Origin: Octopus bimaculoides
Lineage: Eukaryota
NCBI RefSeq assembly: GCF_001194135.2
Contig: NC_068985.1
Coordinates: 120,360,023 to 120,424,022, forward strand
Length of the DNA stretch: 64,000 bases
Direction of reading: 5' to 3'
Part shown: piece by piece, positions 1-12,821 of the stretch
How the letters are laid out: each line of letters starts with the position of its first letter
Numbering within the stretch: the first letter of the stretch is position 1
Made by a program: the position numbers and the translations under genes
Notes under the pieces: generated by a model
Databases searched by the model: none
The model's input: the letters and a program-made list of their open reading frames with translations, nothing else
Told to the model about the DNA's origin: nothing

Positions 1-83
1 TATTTCTCACATATTTTATAGATTTGCATAATTTGTCGAGCATATATGTCTATTATATTTTAAATATATATTTTGGTGTGTGA

Positions 84-438
84 AGGCGGCAAACTGGCAG
101 AAACGTTAGCACGCCGGGCGAAATGGTTAGCTGTATTTCGTCTGCCGCTACGTTCTGAGTTCAAATTACGCCGAGGTCGACATTGCCTTTCATCCTTTGG
201 GGGGCGATTAAATAAGTACCAGTTACACACTGGAGTCGATATAATCGACTTAATCCATTTGTCTGCCCTTGTTTGTCCCATCTGTGTGTAGCCCCTTGTG
301 GGCAGTAAAGAAATAAGAAACGTTAGCAGGCCGGGCAAAATGCTTAGCGGTACTCCGTCTGTGTTTATGCTCTATGTTCAAATTCTGCCTAGGTCGACTT
401 TACTTTTCATCCTTTCGGGATCGATAAATTAAATACCA
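84..438 (+). mobile_element. SINE family A, one full copy plus a tandem partial copy
   Basis: Head GGCGGC..CTGGCAGAAACGTTAGC, B-box-like GAGTTCAAAT and core GAGGTCGAC..GCCTTTCATCCTTT..GGG.CGAT.AAATAAGTACCA. The core resembles the Nin/Deu-type SINE domain. Restarts at ~318 and recurs at 2615, 8361, 47490, 48916 and 59040. Confidence 0.85.
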
Positions 439-756
439 AGGATCTTTAACCTTTGAACGGCACATCGAAAAATTAATTTTTTGTAACTAAACACTTTCAA
501 ACTCCGGGCACTAATAGACTGTATCATATAAAACATCTTTTACTCTTAGTGCTGTTGAGAAAAGTTTGTATTTTCAAAGTTATTTCGTGTTAGAGTTGTC
601 GTATTTCGGTAATTTCAACCAATCAATGACGTGTATTCAGCTGAATAAAATTACTGCTGTTGTTTGTCAACAACAACTTTCGGTGGTGTATATTTCGTTT
701 GTCACTGTTGTTTATGACATCGATCGTGCGTTTGTACTGGTTTTAGCTTTGGGATT

Positions 757-848
757 TTAGGGTTAGGGTTAGGGTTCGAGTTTTAGAGTTAGGGTTAGGG
801 GTTTAGGGTTAGGGATAGAGTTTTAGATTTAGGGTTAGGGTTTTAGGG
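757..848 (+). repeat. Degenerate interstitial (TTAGGG)n array
   Basis: About 10 exact TTAGGG units interrupted by TTAGAG/TTAGAT variants. Confidence 0.85.
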
Positions 849-1124
849 TTTAGACGACACCGGTTTGAATTTGAATGTCTTTGAAAATTCAAAATAATGA
901 ATTCCTCTTGATTCTACCTCAGTTCATCTAATTGTATTTATTTATCGCTACTTTTCATAAAAAAGCCCTTTATGTTTTTCTGGTATTCAATGTGCATTTT
1001 CGCTTCTTTTCTTCTTACTTTCCCCATATCTTCTTTTCCACGAGTAGTCTCTATTATTTTCTTTCAATTTTCTTTTTGAAACGTATTTCTATTTNNNNNN
1101 NNNNTATATGTATGTATGTATGTA

Positions 1125-1155
<31 letters not shown>

Positions 1156-1264
1156 ATATATACCGCCATGGATTTCTCCCGTCAGTTGACAACGCATGAG
1201 CGTTCTGAAATAACTCGTTGAACAACCACACACCTAATGCCTGTTGCGTTTAAAAGAATAGGGA

Positions 1265-2000
1265 TGAGCTATTCGATGTTGCAATGGGGAGCTATAACGG
1301 TGCAGTGATAGATGTCTTGTAGGCCTCGATATCCTAGATATCCTTAGGAAAGCGATAAAAGAAGCCAACGTAGGTTTATATTGGACGATGACGTGGGAAT
1401 TGTATACAATAAAAGCGGACATGATATGGAGAGGATAAGAAAAAATATGCAAAATATTTAGCCAATAATATCTTAGAACCACAGTTAGTACAACCATTAT
1501 AGAAGCCTATTTTCTAGTTATTAACATAAACCTTAGTGAAAGCAAATTTAAACCCTTCCACAAACCAAATGAAGAAGCCTCGTGCATACACACAGGCTCC
1601 AACCACCCAACATCATTCATTAAACAATTAATTAATAACGTCAAAAGCCGCAGCGATATCACCTGACTCACGCCTCGTAATGATAACGGTACACCAGCGG
1701 TAAGAAGACCATATACTGGTCCGGAGCCACCTGAAGATGTGCCAGAAATGTGAACACAACCAACATTCAAGTCTGGAAATATATCCGATCAAGCGGCTGT
1801 ACAACCAGAGATTTTCTTTCAGGATTTCGTAAAGACGATTCGTCACATCCCTGGCCAACCACATGTGGCATCTCAAAGTCGAAGGGCTCCCATACGATAT
1901 CAAGTGGAGAATTATAGAACGGCCGGGATCCTACATTAACGGGAGTGGACGCTGCATAGCTTTTCATAGTTGAGCGGGAAATAATCTTCAAAGACTCTCT
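1265..2000 (+). mobile_element. Decayed Penelope-like element (RT C-terminal half plus GIY-YIG end)
   Basis: Frameshifted plus-strand translation gives FDVAMGSYNGA..LVGL, a GLY.DD-type motif, KFKPFHKPNEEASCIHTGSNHP and LANHMWHLKVEGLPYDIKWRII..YINGSGRC. The same motif series occurs at 37.7-39.4 kb. Confidence 0.8.
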
Positions 2001-2614
2001 AAAACAAATAAAATGTGGGTTCGAGTCCCATGGCTAGTTGCTAACAATTTTTTCCATTTTGTAAGGGTTATTTACCCAACGTTTCTGCTGTTCTAACGGC
2101 GTCTCTGCGTTCGAAAATAAATTATCATCATATTTGTATCTTACTATACACGTTTCGTCGCTTATAAAAAAAAAAAAATGTTAGTTTGTTTATAAATAAT
2201 AAACACGTGGTTGTACATTTAGCTTTAAAAGTCTTCCAGGGATATGGGCTAGAGTTCCACGGCTGATTGTAAGCGTATTTATCCAGGGTTTCTGCGTTCG
2301 AAAATAATCATCTTATTTGTATCTTATGTTGTGTGTGTGTGGTGTGTATATTGATGCATGTATATGTAAACAGATTAATATCCACATGATTAGGAAGATA
2401 GATTTATGTGATCACTCGGGAGTCTGAGAAATCAAACATAATATCTACCAAAAACTATATCCGCGCTTACATATACTAAAAGTTGCAGAAACAAACATTG
2501 AATCAACAAATTTGTACCTCTGAAACCTGTAAAGTTATACTTCCAGCTCTTTTTAGTCCTTATTTAGTATTAGTTTGGTTAGAATTACTCATCAATGTCA
2601 AAGACCTGCTTCTA

Positions 2615-2820
2615 AGTCGGCGAGCTACCAGAATCGATAGCATGTCAGGCCGAGTGCTTAACATTTCGACTTTCTTCATGTTTGGAGAACAAATTCCTCC
2701 GTGGTCGACTTTGCCTTTCATTCTTTGAGGTTGACATTCTAAATACCAGTTGAAGACTGGGGTCGATATAATCGACTCACCCCTTCAGCGAAAATGCTGG
2801 CCTTATATCAATATTTCAGA
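2615..2820 (+). mobile_element. SINE family A
   Basis: Similar to 84-438 (GGTCGACTTTGCCTTTCATTCTTTGAGG..AAATACCAGTT..CTGGGGTCGATATAATCGACT). Confidence 0.8.
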
Positions 2821-3693
2821 TATGCTAATTTCTTAACCACGTAATTTTGCCAATGATATTTCTCATCCATTCCAACCCAGGAACCTTTTGTGAATCACGC
2901 AATTAACGACAATAATACCAGAAAATGTTTTTTCTCCAACACTGTATTTAAATATATTTTAACACTCTTATATTGCATAATACCATAATCAAATTTAAAC
3001 CTGATATACAACAATGTTTTAGTATTTAATGAAAACATTTAAATCCATTTATAAACAGAAACACTCTAAATAATTCATATCATTTTTATATATTCATTTT
3101 ATATTCACTTATATTGCGTTTTACTTTACTTCTTTTATAGATCTAAACAGATTCTTTTACTTGTAGTCATTGTAAATACTAAGATATTTATATTTTATAA
3201 ATTTTTACTTCCGATGAACTAGTAGATAGGATAATTATTATCCTTTCTCTACATAGTTTCTGGAATTATTTTAATTATTTCCATTTTCCAATTGCACTGC
3301 TTTCTAACCACACTAAGTGATTTACATTATATAGCGGAGCTTAATTCACTTTCACTTAATGTAATGATTTCTACTACATTCTCATCTTTTACGACTTTCA
3401 TAACATAACTATATTACCTTTAAAACAATGACCAGACAAAAACATTTGTATGCAAACAACCTCTCCGTAATTAAGACATCTTTGTTCTATCATTAATCTT
3501 AAGATATTTCTAACATATAAATCTTATCATATACATCATTTCTGGTATCATTTTGTCTATTGTTTAATATATCATAACTCATTTAACTAGATACAGGTTC
3601 ATTTCCATCCAAATAATAATTATGTGCGCGTGTAGGTGTGTATGCGTATTGGTTTTTTTTTTTTTTTGGCCAAATAAACACACGCACTATATA

Positions 3694-3969
3694 TTCGTTC
3701 TTTACTCGTTTATTACTGTTCTTATTCTAACTCGTCACCATTGTCCGGAAATCTTGTGACACATAACTATGACCGCTAGGCGACACTTCCTGTCTTAGTG
3801 TGTGCTCCAGCTCCAGTTATTTCATGAAATATGAAAATGAAAGACGTGGAGCAAGAACACACACGAAAACGGAAAGTGTCGCTGAAGAGGTCACATATGT
3901 GTGACGAAAGATTTCTGGACAATGGATATGAGTTAGAATAAGAACAGAAACAAACGAGTGAAGAGCGAA
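3694..3969. repeat. Foldback with ~120 bp inverted arms
   Basis: 3694-3815 is the reverse complement of 3847-3969 at roughly 75% identity. Confidence 0.85.
3877..3921 (+). ncRNA. Type I hammerhead ribozyme motif
   Basis: TGTCG-CTGAAGA-G-GTCAC(ATATGT)GTGAC-GAAA-GATTTC-TGGACA. Intact core, 5-bp stem II, minimal near-palindromic stem III, UUC triplet, bulged stem I. Confidence 0.6.
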
Positions 3970-4547
3970 TACATAGTGCGCGTGTTTATCTGGAAAAAAA
4001 ATGACCATCATCCCGAAATACAACAATATCTGTTTCAAGACACGATTTCACATCAAGAGTAATGCAACACAAATTCATAAACGTATGTATATATAATTTT
4101 TATCTTTAAATTATTAGTCTAAACGATTTGAGAATTATTTGACAAACCTCTTCGTAGGTGCCTCACAACGAAAACATTACCCATATCTATATATTAAAAC
4201 TATTTATTTTTATGTCGCGAACTCTTTTAGCAGCTAAATCTTATCCTATTGTTGATCATTTCCTTCCACTCAAATACTTTATTTTCTCCTTTTTATATCT
4301 TTATACCCAACATCTTCCCAATGTTGATACGTCTACACTGGCACAATTAAAGATACACGCAAACATACAGGCACACACGTTTATATCTTTTATAATATGC
4401 ACGGACATAAAACGGGTCACAATTTATCTAATGCATTTATTTAGTGCACTCATTGTTCAATCCGAGTAATTATATTTGTATCACCGACAAATCACATCTC
4501 ATTCTGTGCTCTAGTACTTATACCTAAGAGAACAGAATAAGACACTA

Positions 4548-4612
4548 TGCATACATACATACGTACATACATACATACATACATACATACATACATACAT
4601 ACATACATACAC
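4548..4612. repeat. (ACAT)n microsatellite
   Basis: Visible tandem array. Confidence 0.95.
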
Positions 4613-4833
4613 ACAGATTACAGATTGTAGAGGGTTTTATAATTTCGCAAAACTCACTGTATAATATAATACAATATGGTATTTATATATATCTATAATT
4701 GCACTATGTTTCATAAACTTTATTAAAAAAGTTCTTATGTATAGATATATGTGATATATATATATGGTATTTTTATACTTTTTTATATCCTTTCATGATT
4801 TCTTCATAACGATGGTTATGATTTCTTCATCAA

Positions 4834-5771
4834 CCTATTTGGTGTGTGTCGACTACGTAGCTTTTCTCATCGTTATGAACTCTCTAAGATGCTTTCAATT
4901 TGAGCATTGCTCAGTTGAATTTAATTTCTTATGTTAACTCTATCCGTATTCCTATTTTCCTCGTTATCCTTCTCACTCAACACGATGTTAACTTGACTGG
5001 AGAAAGCGACCAACTAACAATTATATCGGCTATTCATTATACAGAGATTACTGCTTTTACATTGCATATAAAAAAAGTTATTTTCAATGTTCTTTTCTAT
5101 AAGTTTACTCGATAAAAAAAGCACTATTTTTATCATTTAGCTTATAATTATTCTAGAAATAGTTACATGCCCACATCGGTTTAGATTTTTCCTCCGCTTG
5201 TACTCTATTATAGAATTTGCACATCTCTAACTTAATTACCCTTACAGTCGATTCTATATTTAAGATATCTTATACCTATCGTCCTGTAATAAGGATAATG
5301 ATCCTGGTTTTGATTTAATATAAATTATGTACTGAGATGATAGTTCTATTTACTTATAAATTCATTGTGGAATAATTTTATCATGACAACCTTATTATTA
5401 TGCTTCTCATATATTAAAGTACCCCTTTTTAAGGTTTAAGTTTAATTATCTATCCTTTTTCTTTTATGTTGTTCTAAAACTCTTTCTTAAATTTTTAATA
5501 TGCTGAATTGGCTAAGTATGATTCACCTCGTGACCCTCGCTTCTAATTCCCACCCTTAGGACACTTAGTTTGATCTCTTTCGTTTTCCACTTTAATCTCC
5601 TTTTATTTGATAATCTAGGTATGTACTAGCCACCCCTGCCCTTCCTCATTCTAGTTATTACTTCTTCTCCATTAGCCATTCTCTTACTAGTAGCTCTGAG
5701 ACATATCCTTATATGTAGATAAAGGTCCCAGCAAAATAATGGTCGAGGAGAGCATCTGACATTAATTAATT

Positions 5772-5805
<34 letters not shown>

Positions 5806-6600
5806 GGTGGGTGAATGCATGTGTTTGTGTTTGTTTATGCGAGTATGCATATACATATATATCTGCATCTATGTGTGTGTGTTTATATACGTGTCTAAAT
5901 ATAAATATATAATCTACACCCGTACATGGAATATAGAAAATACGTTACACTTTCGTCATATGATGGGTAAATTTGAAAGTATAATTTTCCCCCCATGAGT
6001 GGTATCAGAAAATATGGCATACATACATAAATTACGACTTGAATTTTATCAAATTTCTTACTGACTCGTACAAAATGTTGAAATGGATATTAATTTTCAA
6101 AACAAAATTTTTTCTTGCCTTAAATATAATTAAATAGAATAAATTTCTAATTTGTATATTCGCAATAAACATAGTATTTTTTCTAATTTTTATTAATATA
6201 ATCGCAACCTTCTATCCCTGCGTTGCATATGCAAATGTGTATTCTTCATAAAATTATATGATATGAATCGTGCGCCTCATGTATTCATTATTTCTGTATA
6301 TCCCTTTTACTTCCTAAATATGTCTCCCATGTATGCGTGCGCCGCTTGTATGTGTAAGAATGCGTCATCACCTATTTGGTGTGTGTCGACTACGTAGCTT
6401 TTCTCATCGTTATGAACTCCCTAAGATGCTTTCAATTTGAGCATTGCTCAGTTGAATTTAATTTCTTATGTTAACTCTATCCGTATTCCTATTTTCCTCG
6501 TTATCCTTCTCACTCAACACGATGTTATCTTGACTGGAGAAAGCGACCAACTAACAATTATATCGACTATTCATTATACAGAGATTACTGCTTTTACATT
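4834..6600. repeat. Pair of 230-bp direct repeats (4834-5063, 6371-6600)
   Basis: Three mismatches seen over 230 bp. Produces the near-identical ORFs 4900..5115 and 6437..6703. Confidence 0.9.
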
Positions 6601-8360
6601 ACAAGTGCTAGCCCAATTCTTAAATAATTTTCTCACATTTACCCAATGCCTGCAGTCGTTCGTTTATATAACGTATGATATATTAACTTATTCTTTCATG
6701 TGAAAACACACACAAAAACAGTGTTCCTCTATCATTAATTAACACATGATGAACAAACTGCATCGTAGAAAATTTTATTTGTCGAGTGATTGGAAACAAC
6801 ACTACTTTTATTGTGCTGGAAAATAGACGAAAATAATCACACGCAGAAATACGTGATTCACAGATTTCAAAAACAATAGTTAGCTGGATTCTATTTAGAT
6901 TGATAAAACTGTAAACTATGTTTTCAGAATTAACCCCACAGAATCATAAGGACAATTTAGTTATCAAAATGGAATCCATCTTGTATTCCACTGAACATTT
7001 TAACAGTCAATTAATCAATGAAAAGTTACTTATATTACACGAATGTAATAAATGAATATAACCCATAAAAAATATAGCTGCATTTTCTGTATGAGATTTT
7101 CCAGACAGAATCGTTTGTCTATGGGAGATGTGTAATGATTCTAAAGAATACGCACATATATTTTACGACATCCTTTCACAAAATTCTGGAAACATATACA
7201 TACGCTTTTCACCAGCATGAATTTATTAAATGTGAGTTCAGTCCGCCAGAAAGAATTCTGAGAAACTAATTAGATATTTCAAATTGGTTTATAATCTCGG
7301 TTTCCACAAATACATGGATTGAGAAAAGCAGCGAAGTGACATGTCGTTTTGTATAGATTGATTATATCAGCTAGAAATGTAAATATAAAAGAATCTCAGC
7401 TTCATTAAACCCTCCAGTATATGACAAATCAGAAACAGCATCTTGCAAACAAAGGCGAAATAAATCCTTCAGTACAGTCTAATGAGGTGCGTGATATTCA
7501 ATGTTTCTCTGTTTGGAAAACAAACGCCCATTAGGTTCCAGGGTGAAAATGTTTATAATGTGAGTGCGTATAAAACAAAATATTAAAGCAATCGCTAAAA
7601 GCCAGCGCTATTCAGCTTATTTACAAATAAAACTACGTATTATCATAAATTATATTATGTATTACATATTTTCCTATACGCAAGCTTTCTAAAACTGGGT
7701 TCAGTGAAAAGATTCTGTAGTTCTTTTATTAAATTCCATAAACATTTATTTAATGAAATATAGTGTTCACCTTTCTTAAAATAATATAGTATTTCAATAT
7801 TAATAAATTCTTTCTTCGAAATAATCTTTATTACTTTTAATAGGATTCTGTGAAATTTTGGAAAACTGTGTAAGGGTTCTGCAACAACATGTAAACCATT
7901 TTCAAAGAAATCAAAATCATTTCCTATACCCTGGCTACAAAATTCAGTTGTGGGTTTTAATCAGGCAGTCAAGAAGGAAAGACAATGACCAGAACAATTT
8001 GCAGGACCTCCAGTGTGAAGAAGGTATCTTCAAACGAGAGATTTTGCTCAAGTGCTTACAGAGAGTGGATTCTTCCAAACGAATTCAGGGTCTCAGATGA
8101 TTGTGTTAAACTGGATTAGGGATTAAGTCTACCACCGATGTGGACAATGGGAATATTTGAAGTCAGAATGCAAAGAGCAAATGGAGATTGTACAATAAAT
8201 TTGGAATAGGTAATAATTTAATGTTCTCGAAACGATGAAAGTCAAATTTCACCTCGGTGGGATTTGAACTCACAACGCAGTGACTTCTCTAATGATTTTA
8301 TAAAATTCTTTGGCAACAACAGGAAAATATATTTGTCCAATTTATGAATGCCTAAATATC

Positions 8361-8572
8361 GGTTTCAAATGTTGGCACAGGGCCAGCAATTTTGGGAGAA
8401 TGGGTAAGTCGATTACATCGGCCCGTGCTCAACTGGTACTTATTTTAGCTATCCTGAAAGGGTGGAAGGTAAAGTTGACCTCGGCGGAATTTGAACTCAG
8501 AAAGCAAAGACGGACGAAATGTAGCTAAGCATTTCGCCCGGTGTGCTAACGATTCTGCCAGCTCGCCGCCTT
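8361..8572 (-). mobile_element. SINE family A
   Basis: Reverse complement matches family A head, core and tail. Confidence 0.85.
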
Positions 8573-9235
8573 CGAATGACTACACATTACGTGCGATGCT
8601 GAAATTTACTGAAATGTTTTCCTTTGCTGAAATAATTTATTCTAACGTCCACTCCGTATAACAATACAAACTACGATCACGTGACCAGGAAATATACGTT
8701 TGATCACATCATTTTCACTTTGAAGACGATTACAGAAAGTACTTGTAAGAAGAAGAAATATGACTAGTTTGTATAAAGAAACGAACGCTGACTGTGTACG
8801 AAATAGTGTAATGTTTCTGTCAATAGCCATTGTTTTTATTGATGTTTAGCCCAAGCTCAAGCTTCATTAAGAGATATATAACTTGTTCCATCGTTTGTCT
8901 TTCGGCAGTGTGTAAGGGCAGAGGTACATATTTTACAGTGAGTTTTTTTGCGGGGTAGGGTAAGGGGATGTGTGATCCATATTTTTCTAGGAGTGTTTTC
9001 ATAAAGACAGAAATGTAGATGGCGTCATTGCGTTTAACATTTTCTTTCAACTGGCAATTCAACACAGCAAGCTGTGCCATTCAATAAATGCACACCTATT
9101 CTTCTTGTTTTTGATGTTACTGTTGCTGTTAATGCTTACTCTTAAATCTGCCATATTTAAGTAAAAATCCCAAGTGCATTATTACGAACGCCATTAATCA
9201 ATCTTATTTTACACATTATATTTTTTCGTTAGTGA

Positions 9236-9510
9236 AAGCGAATGGCTCAGTGGTTAGGATATTCGTCTCACGATTGCAAGATCGTGAGTTCGCTTCCTGG
9301 CGACGCGTGTTGTCCTTGAACAAGACACTTCATTTCACATTGCTCCTGTTCACTTAGTTGGCAAAAATGAGTGGTACCTGTATCATATTGAATCTCTTTG
9401 AGAACTGCGTTAAGGGTGCGCGTGTTGGTGAAGTGGTCAGCCACATGCACGTTAATTTCATGAGCAGGCTGTTCCGTTGAACGGATTAACTGAAGCCTCG
9501 TCGACTGAGT
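9236..9510 (+). mobile_element. tRNA-derived SINE family C
   Basis: A-box TGGCTCAGTGG, B-box-like GAGTTCGCTTCC, CCTTGAACAAGACACTT core, and tail TGCACGTTAATTTCATGAGCAGGCTGTTCCGTTGA shared with 27043-27425. Confidence 0.8.
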
Positions 9511-10904
9511 GCCATTTATTTATTTATTTTATTTCTTTAGGCACTAGAGAGTGAAATTATAGAGATAGTCTAGTATTTCTTGCTGATTGGCCGGCCGCAG
9601 AGAAGACCTCTCATTGGATTGCATATAAACACATTTAACTGGTAGAATTTTAAGAGCATGGGATAGAATCCTTCGCCTCTCTACGCTATGAGTCCAAATA
9701 CCACCGGGCTCAACTTCATCATTTCAGAATGGATAAAATGCGCAAATCCAAGGATGCGGATTGGCGGAACTTTGAGAAAGCGAAGTAGGAAATCTTGCGG
9801 GATGTACCCTGGCTTTTGCGTTCTCACAGCAAAGGCTATGGTGACACTGGTATGAAGCTGTATAGTTGCAAGACGGCGGTCTTTTCTTCGCATAAACAGA
9901 GGTGATGTAGAAAACTGAACCTTACATCCATAGAATACTGCAAGTCTTCTTACAATAATCTTGCATAGGTCTGTACATTCATAGATAGAAGCACGGTCAC
10001 TTTTGACTGATGGGGATGCATCATTAGTTGGTCGAAGAACATTAGTTGGGCGTAGAAGAGAACTATGTTATGCAGCTTTCCTCTATGATTAGTGGAAGAC
10101 AATAACAAACTACAATATTACGATTAAATACGAAGATTTTCAGCATCGTATATTACGGAAACATAATTAGGAATTAATAATTAAGAATGGCCAAGAGTGG
10201 ATGCGATATTATCTACAGGCAGAAACATAGGTGTGTGAACGAATACTTAATAGTAACAGGTGTTTCGCAAGTTGATTTAATACGGTGAAGACGTGACAAG
10301 TGATATTGAATTTCGAAGAATTTCCGGTACTTTATTAAGTGCGATCAAAGTGTATCAGTAGGAAAAATAATATATATTGGTTAAATGGCCAAAGTTCACA
10401 CTTTTACTGGTGTTAGGACAACTCCCCTTACACTAACACACCCACAAATACATGATGTGTGCATACATATGATATGGACACATCATATATGTATGTTTGT
10501 GAGTTTGTGTTTGTGTGTGTATATGTAACTATGTATATTTATGCTTTGTTAATGATTCCTTGTTAACGATATCATTTCCTTTATGGCCTTACATTACAAT
10601 GTAATAATCTCTATTCAAGCCTAGCATATTGGTAACAATATATTACTCAACATCTTCATATATATCTTTGTGTGTGTACGTGTGTGCGTGTGTGTGTGAT
10701 GTGTGAGTGTATGTAAATATATATATATATATATATGCATATATATATATATATATATATACATATACGGGTGTGTGAGTGCGTGCGCATGCGTATGTGT
10801 GTGCTTGCGTGTGTGTGTGCGTGTACACAATGATAAATCTACATTATATGAGATATTGCAAGTCGACAGTTGTACACAAATGATTTAATCGTATTCATTC
10901 ATAC

Positions 10905-10941
<37 letters not shown>

Positions 10942-11689
10942 TATATACGTACATATATACATACATATATACATGTATAAATATATACACACACACATAT
11001 ATGTGTATACATATACATACACACGGAAAAATATTTGCAGAGGACATAAAATATGCAGAATACTAATAAGGAAATACATAATTTTCTAACTCGACAGCTG
11101 TTTCACGAAGCTCAGATTTACGTAATAATCTTAATGGTCATGTAGCTAGATTGTGCAAACGGTTTTGGGTATGCAACCAGTAAACTGTTGCGCAGAGATA
11201 TTACCATTAATCCGGCTTTCTTCGTCAAAAGAAAATTGGCAAAAACAGTTCCTATAATAGTGCCATAAATTTAAAGTTTGATGGATGAGAGTAAGAATAA
11301 GAACAAAAGCCGGGCAGATGGGTTGCACTTCTATGACATAGGAGGAATGAACTGAGGTAGAATAGATAACACGGACAGAGGAAGGGAGAGAGTAAGGTTA
11401 ATATCAGTGTTGTGGACTGGAGCGCCACTGGTGGTCAGGGAATCTCAATAAACAGACTCAGGGACAGTACCTGACTATATAGAGAGATACGAAAATGCAA
11501 GCAATGAAGGAAAAGAATAAGGGTGGGGAGCCGAGTAGGAAGATATGCTGCGATAGGGAGAATGCTAAACCAAATGAGATATTGCTAGTAACATAGCTAA
11601 GTGATAAATAAGAGCTTAATAACAGTTAGAAGAAATCATGAACATTTTTATGTGATAGGAAAAGTGAAATAAAATTTGGGCTTACATGA

Positions 11690-11930
11690 GAAACTTACGC
11701 CAGAGAATATATTGAGTATCGAGGCCCACTTTTCACCACCATTTTCCTGAATGATATTATGTCAATGATCTGCCAATAAGGGATGAACTGCGAACATGAC
11801 CTTCGACCTATACACGTGAACACTATTGATTATTCACTGTAATGAGCCCGTTCAGTTAATTCTTTGACTGAATTTCATTAGTGGAACTGTTCACCTGATC
11901 ATGCTAGTGTCAAATCGTAATTATTGATGC
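11690..11930 (+). mobile_element. Highly decayed LINE RT fragment (CR1/L2-like)
   Basis: Degenerate PQ..IL.GP..F.IF..YVNDLP series with frameshifts. Confidence 0.3.
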
Positions 11931-12204
11931 ATTTTTGTGCATATCTGATGCCTGCTTCCACTTACAGGTTAGGCCTACCATTTGGCGTACATTATTGCTT
12001 TAACTTCATAAATTCTGTTAAATTCTTTCACTGTCCCCATACTCAATTACGTTAACCCCTTCATAGTGTTGCCGCCTACCAGTTTTTAGCTTACGTATCG
12101 CTAAAGAATATTCTATTAAGTGCCTTTGTGTCCACATAGCAAACTGTCTGTCGCTACTTCCATCTTTTTTTAATGATACGTTTAGAAGGTTCACTTTTTA
12201 TACA

Positions 12205-12811
12205 TCATGCCAAACCCTAATCATGGCAGGATTCCATTTAGGCGAGACATGTTTCTCTTATGGCCAATTATATGTTGGATGCTCCAGAGTTGAAAGCAAA
12301 CAAAATCGATTCGTACTTGCCCATAATGGCAAACGAAAAGTGTCGTCCACAGAGAGGTGTTTTAGGCACTTCACGAACCAGGTGTTTTTTCCTTTGTCCA
12401 ACCTATGTCCTCTGTTTTCACAGAGCTTCACATTTCACTGTAACACTCCCGTTGCTTTCGGTGTAAACGAAAGAAAAGGCCCTTTTCAGGGCCACTTTAC
12501 ATACGTTTATTACACCATCTGAGAACTCGTTACAGCCTTTTTCAGGGCTTCTTATCAAATTGTTACCGCTGTGAGAATGACAAAAAAGCCCTTTTCAGGG
12601 ATACTTCACCCGTGATTGTAACACCTTACGAGAATGCATTAAAGCCTTTCTCAGGACTTCGTATCAAACTGTTATCGCTTGGCTTCAGCCGTACCCAGCG
12701 ACCAATTTTGTTACAATTTGGCGTTAACGTTATTTATGACAGAGGAAATTTACTAAGTATCAAAAACACTGTTGTATTTGAATCCCGAGCAACGCCCGGT
12801 ACTTCTGCTAG
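12205..12811 (+). mobile_element. Helitron 3' fragment (PIF1 helicase C-terminus and 3' terminus)
   Basis: QTLIMAGFHLGETCFSYGQLYVGCSRV matches the RepHel GQTL..CFSHGQLYVACSRV motif. Hairpin CCGAGC-AAC-GCCCGG at 12785-12799, CTAG at 12808-12811, then T. Confidence 0.9.
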
Positions 12812-12821
12812 TATATACATC

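Noticed and set aside
757-848. True telomere
   Set aside because: The array is short, degenerate and flanked by ordinary sequence on both sides.
1730-1755. CTGAAGA..GAAA as a hammerhead
   Set aside because: It lies inside a PLE remnant with a 2-bp stem II and no stem III or stem I.
2104-2326. ~38-bp direct repeat with a minus-strand CGAAACGTGTA (HHR-like end)
   Set aside because: No intact CTGANGA at a suitable distance.
2850-5600. Possible very old minus-strand LINE
   Set aside because: Only faint motif echoes with many stops, so I cannot support it without a search.
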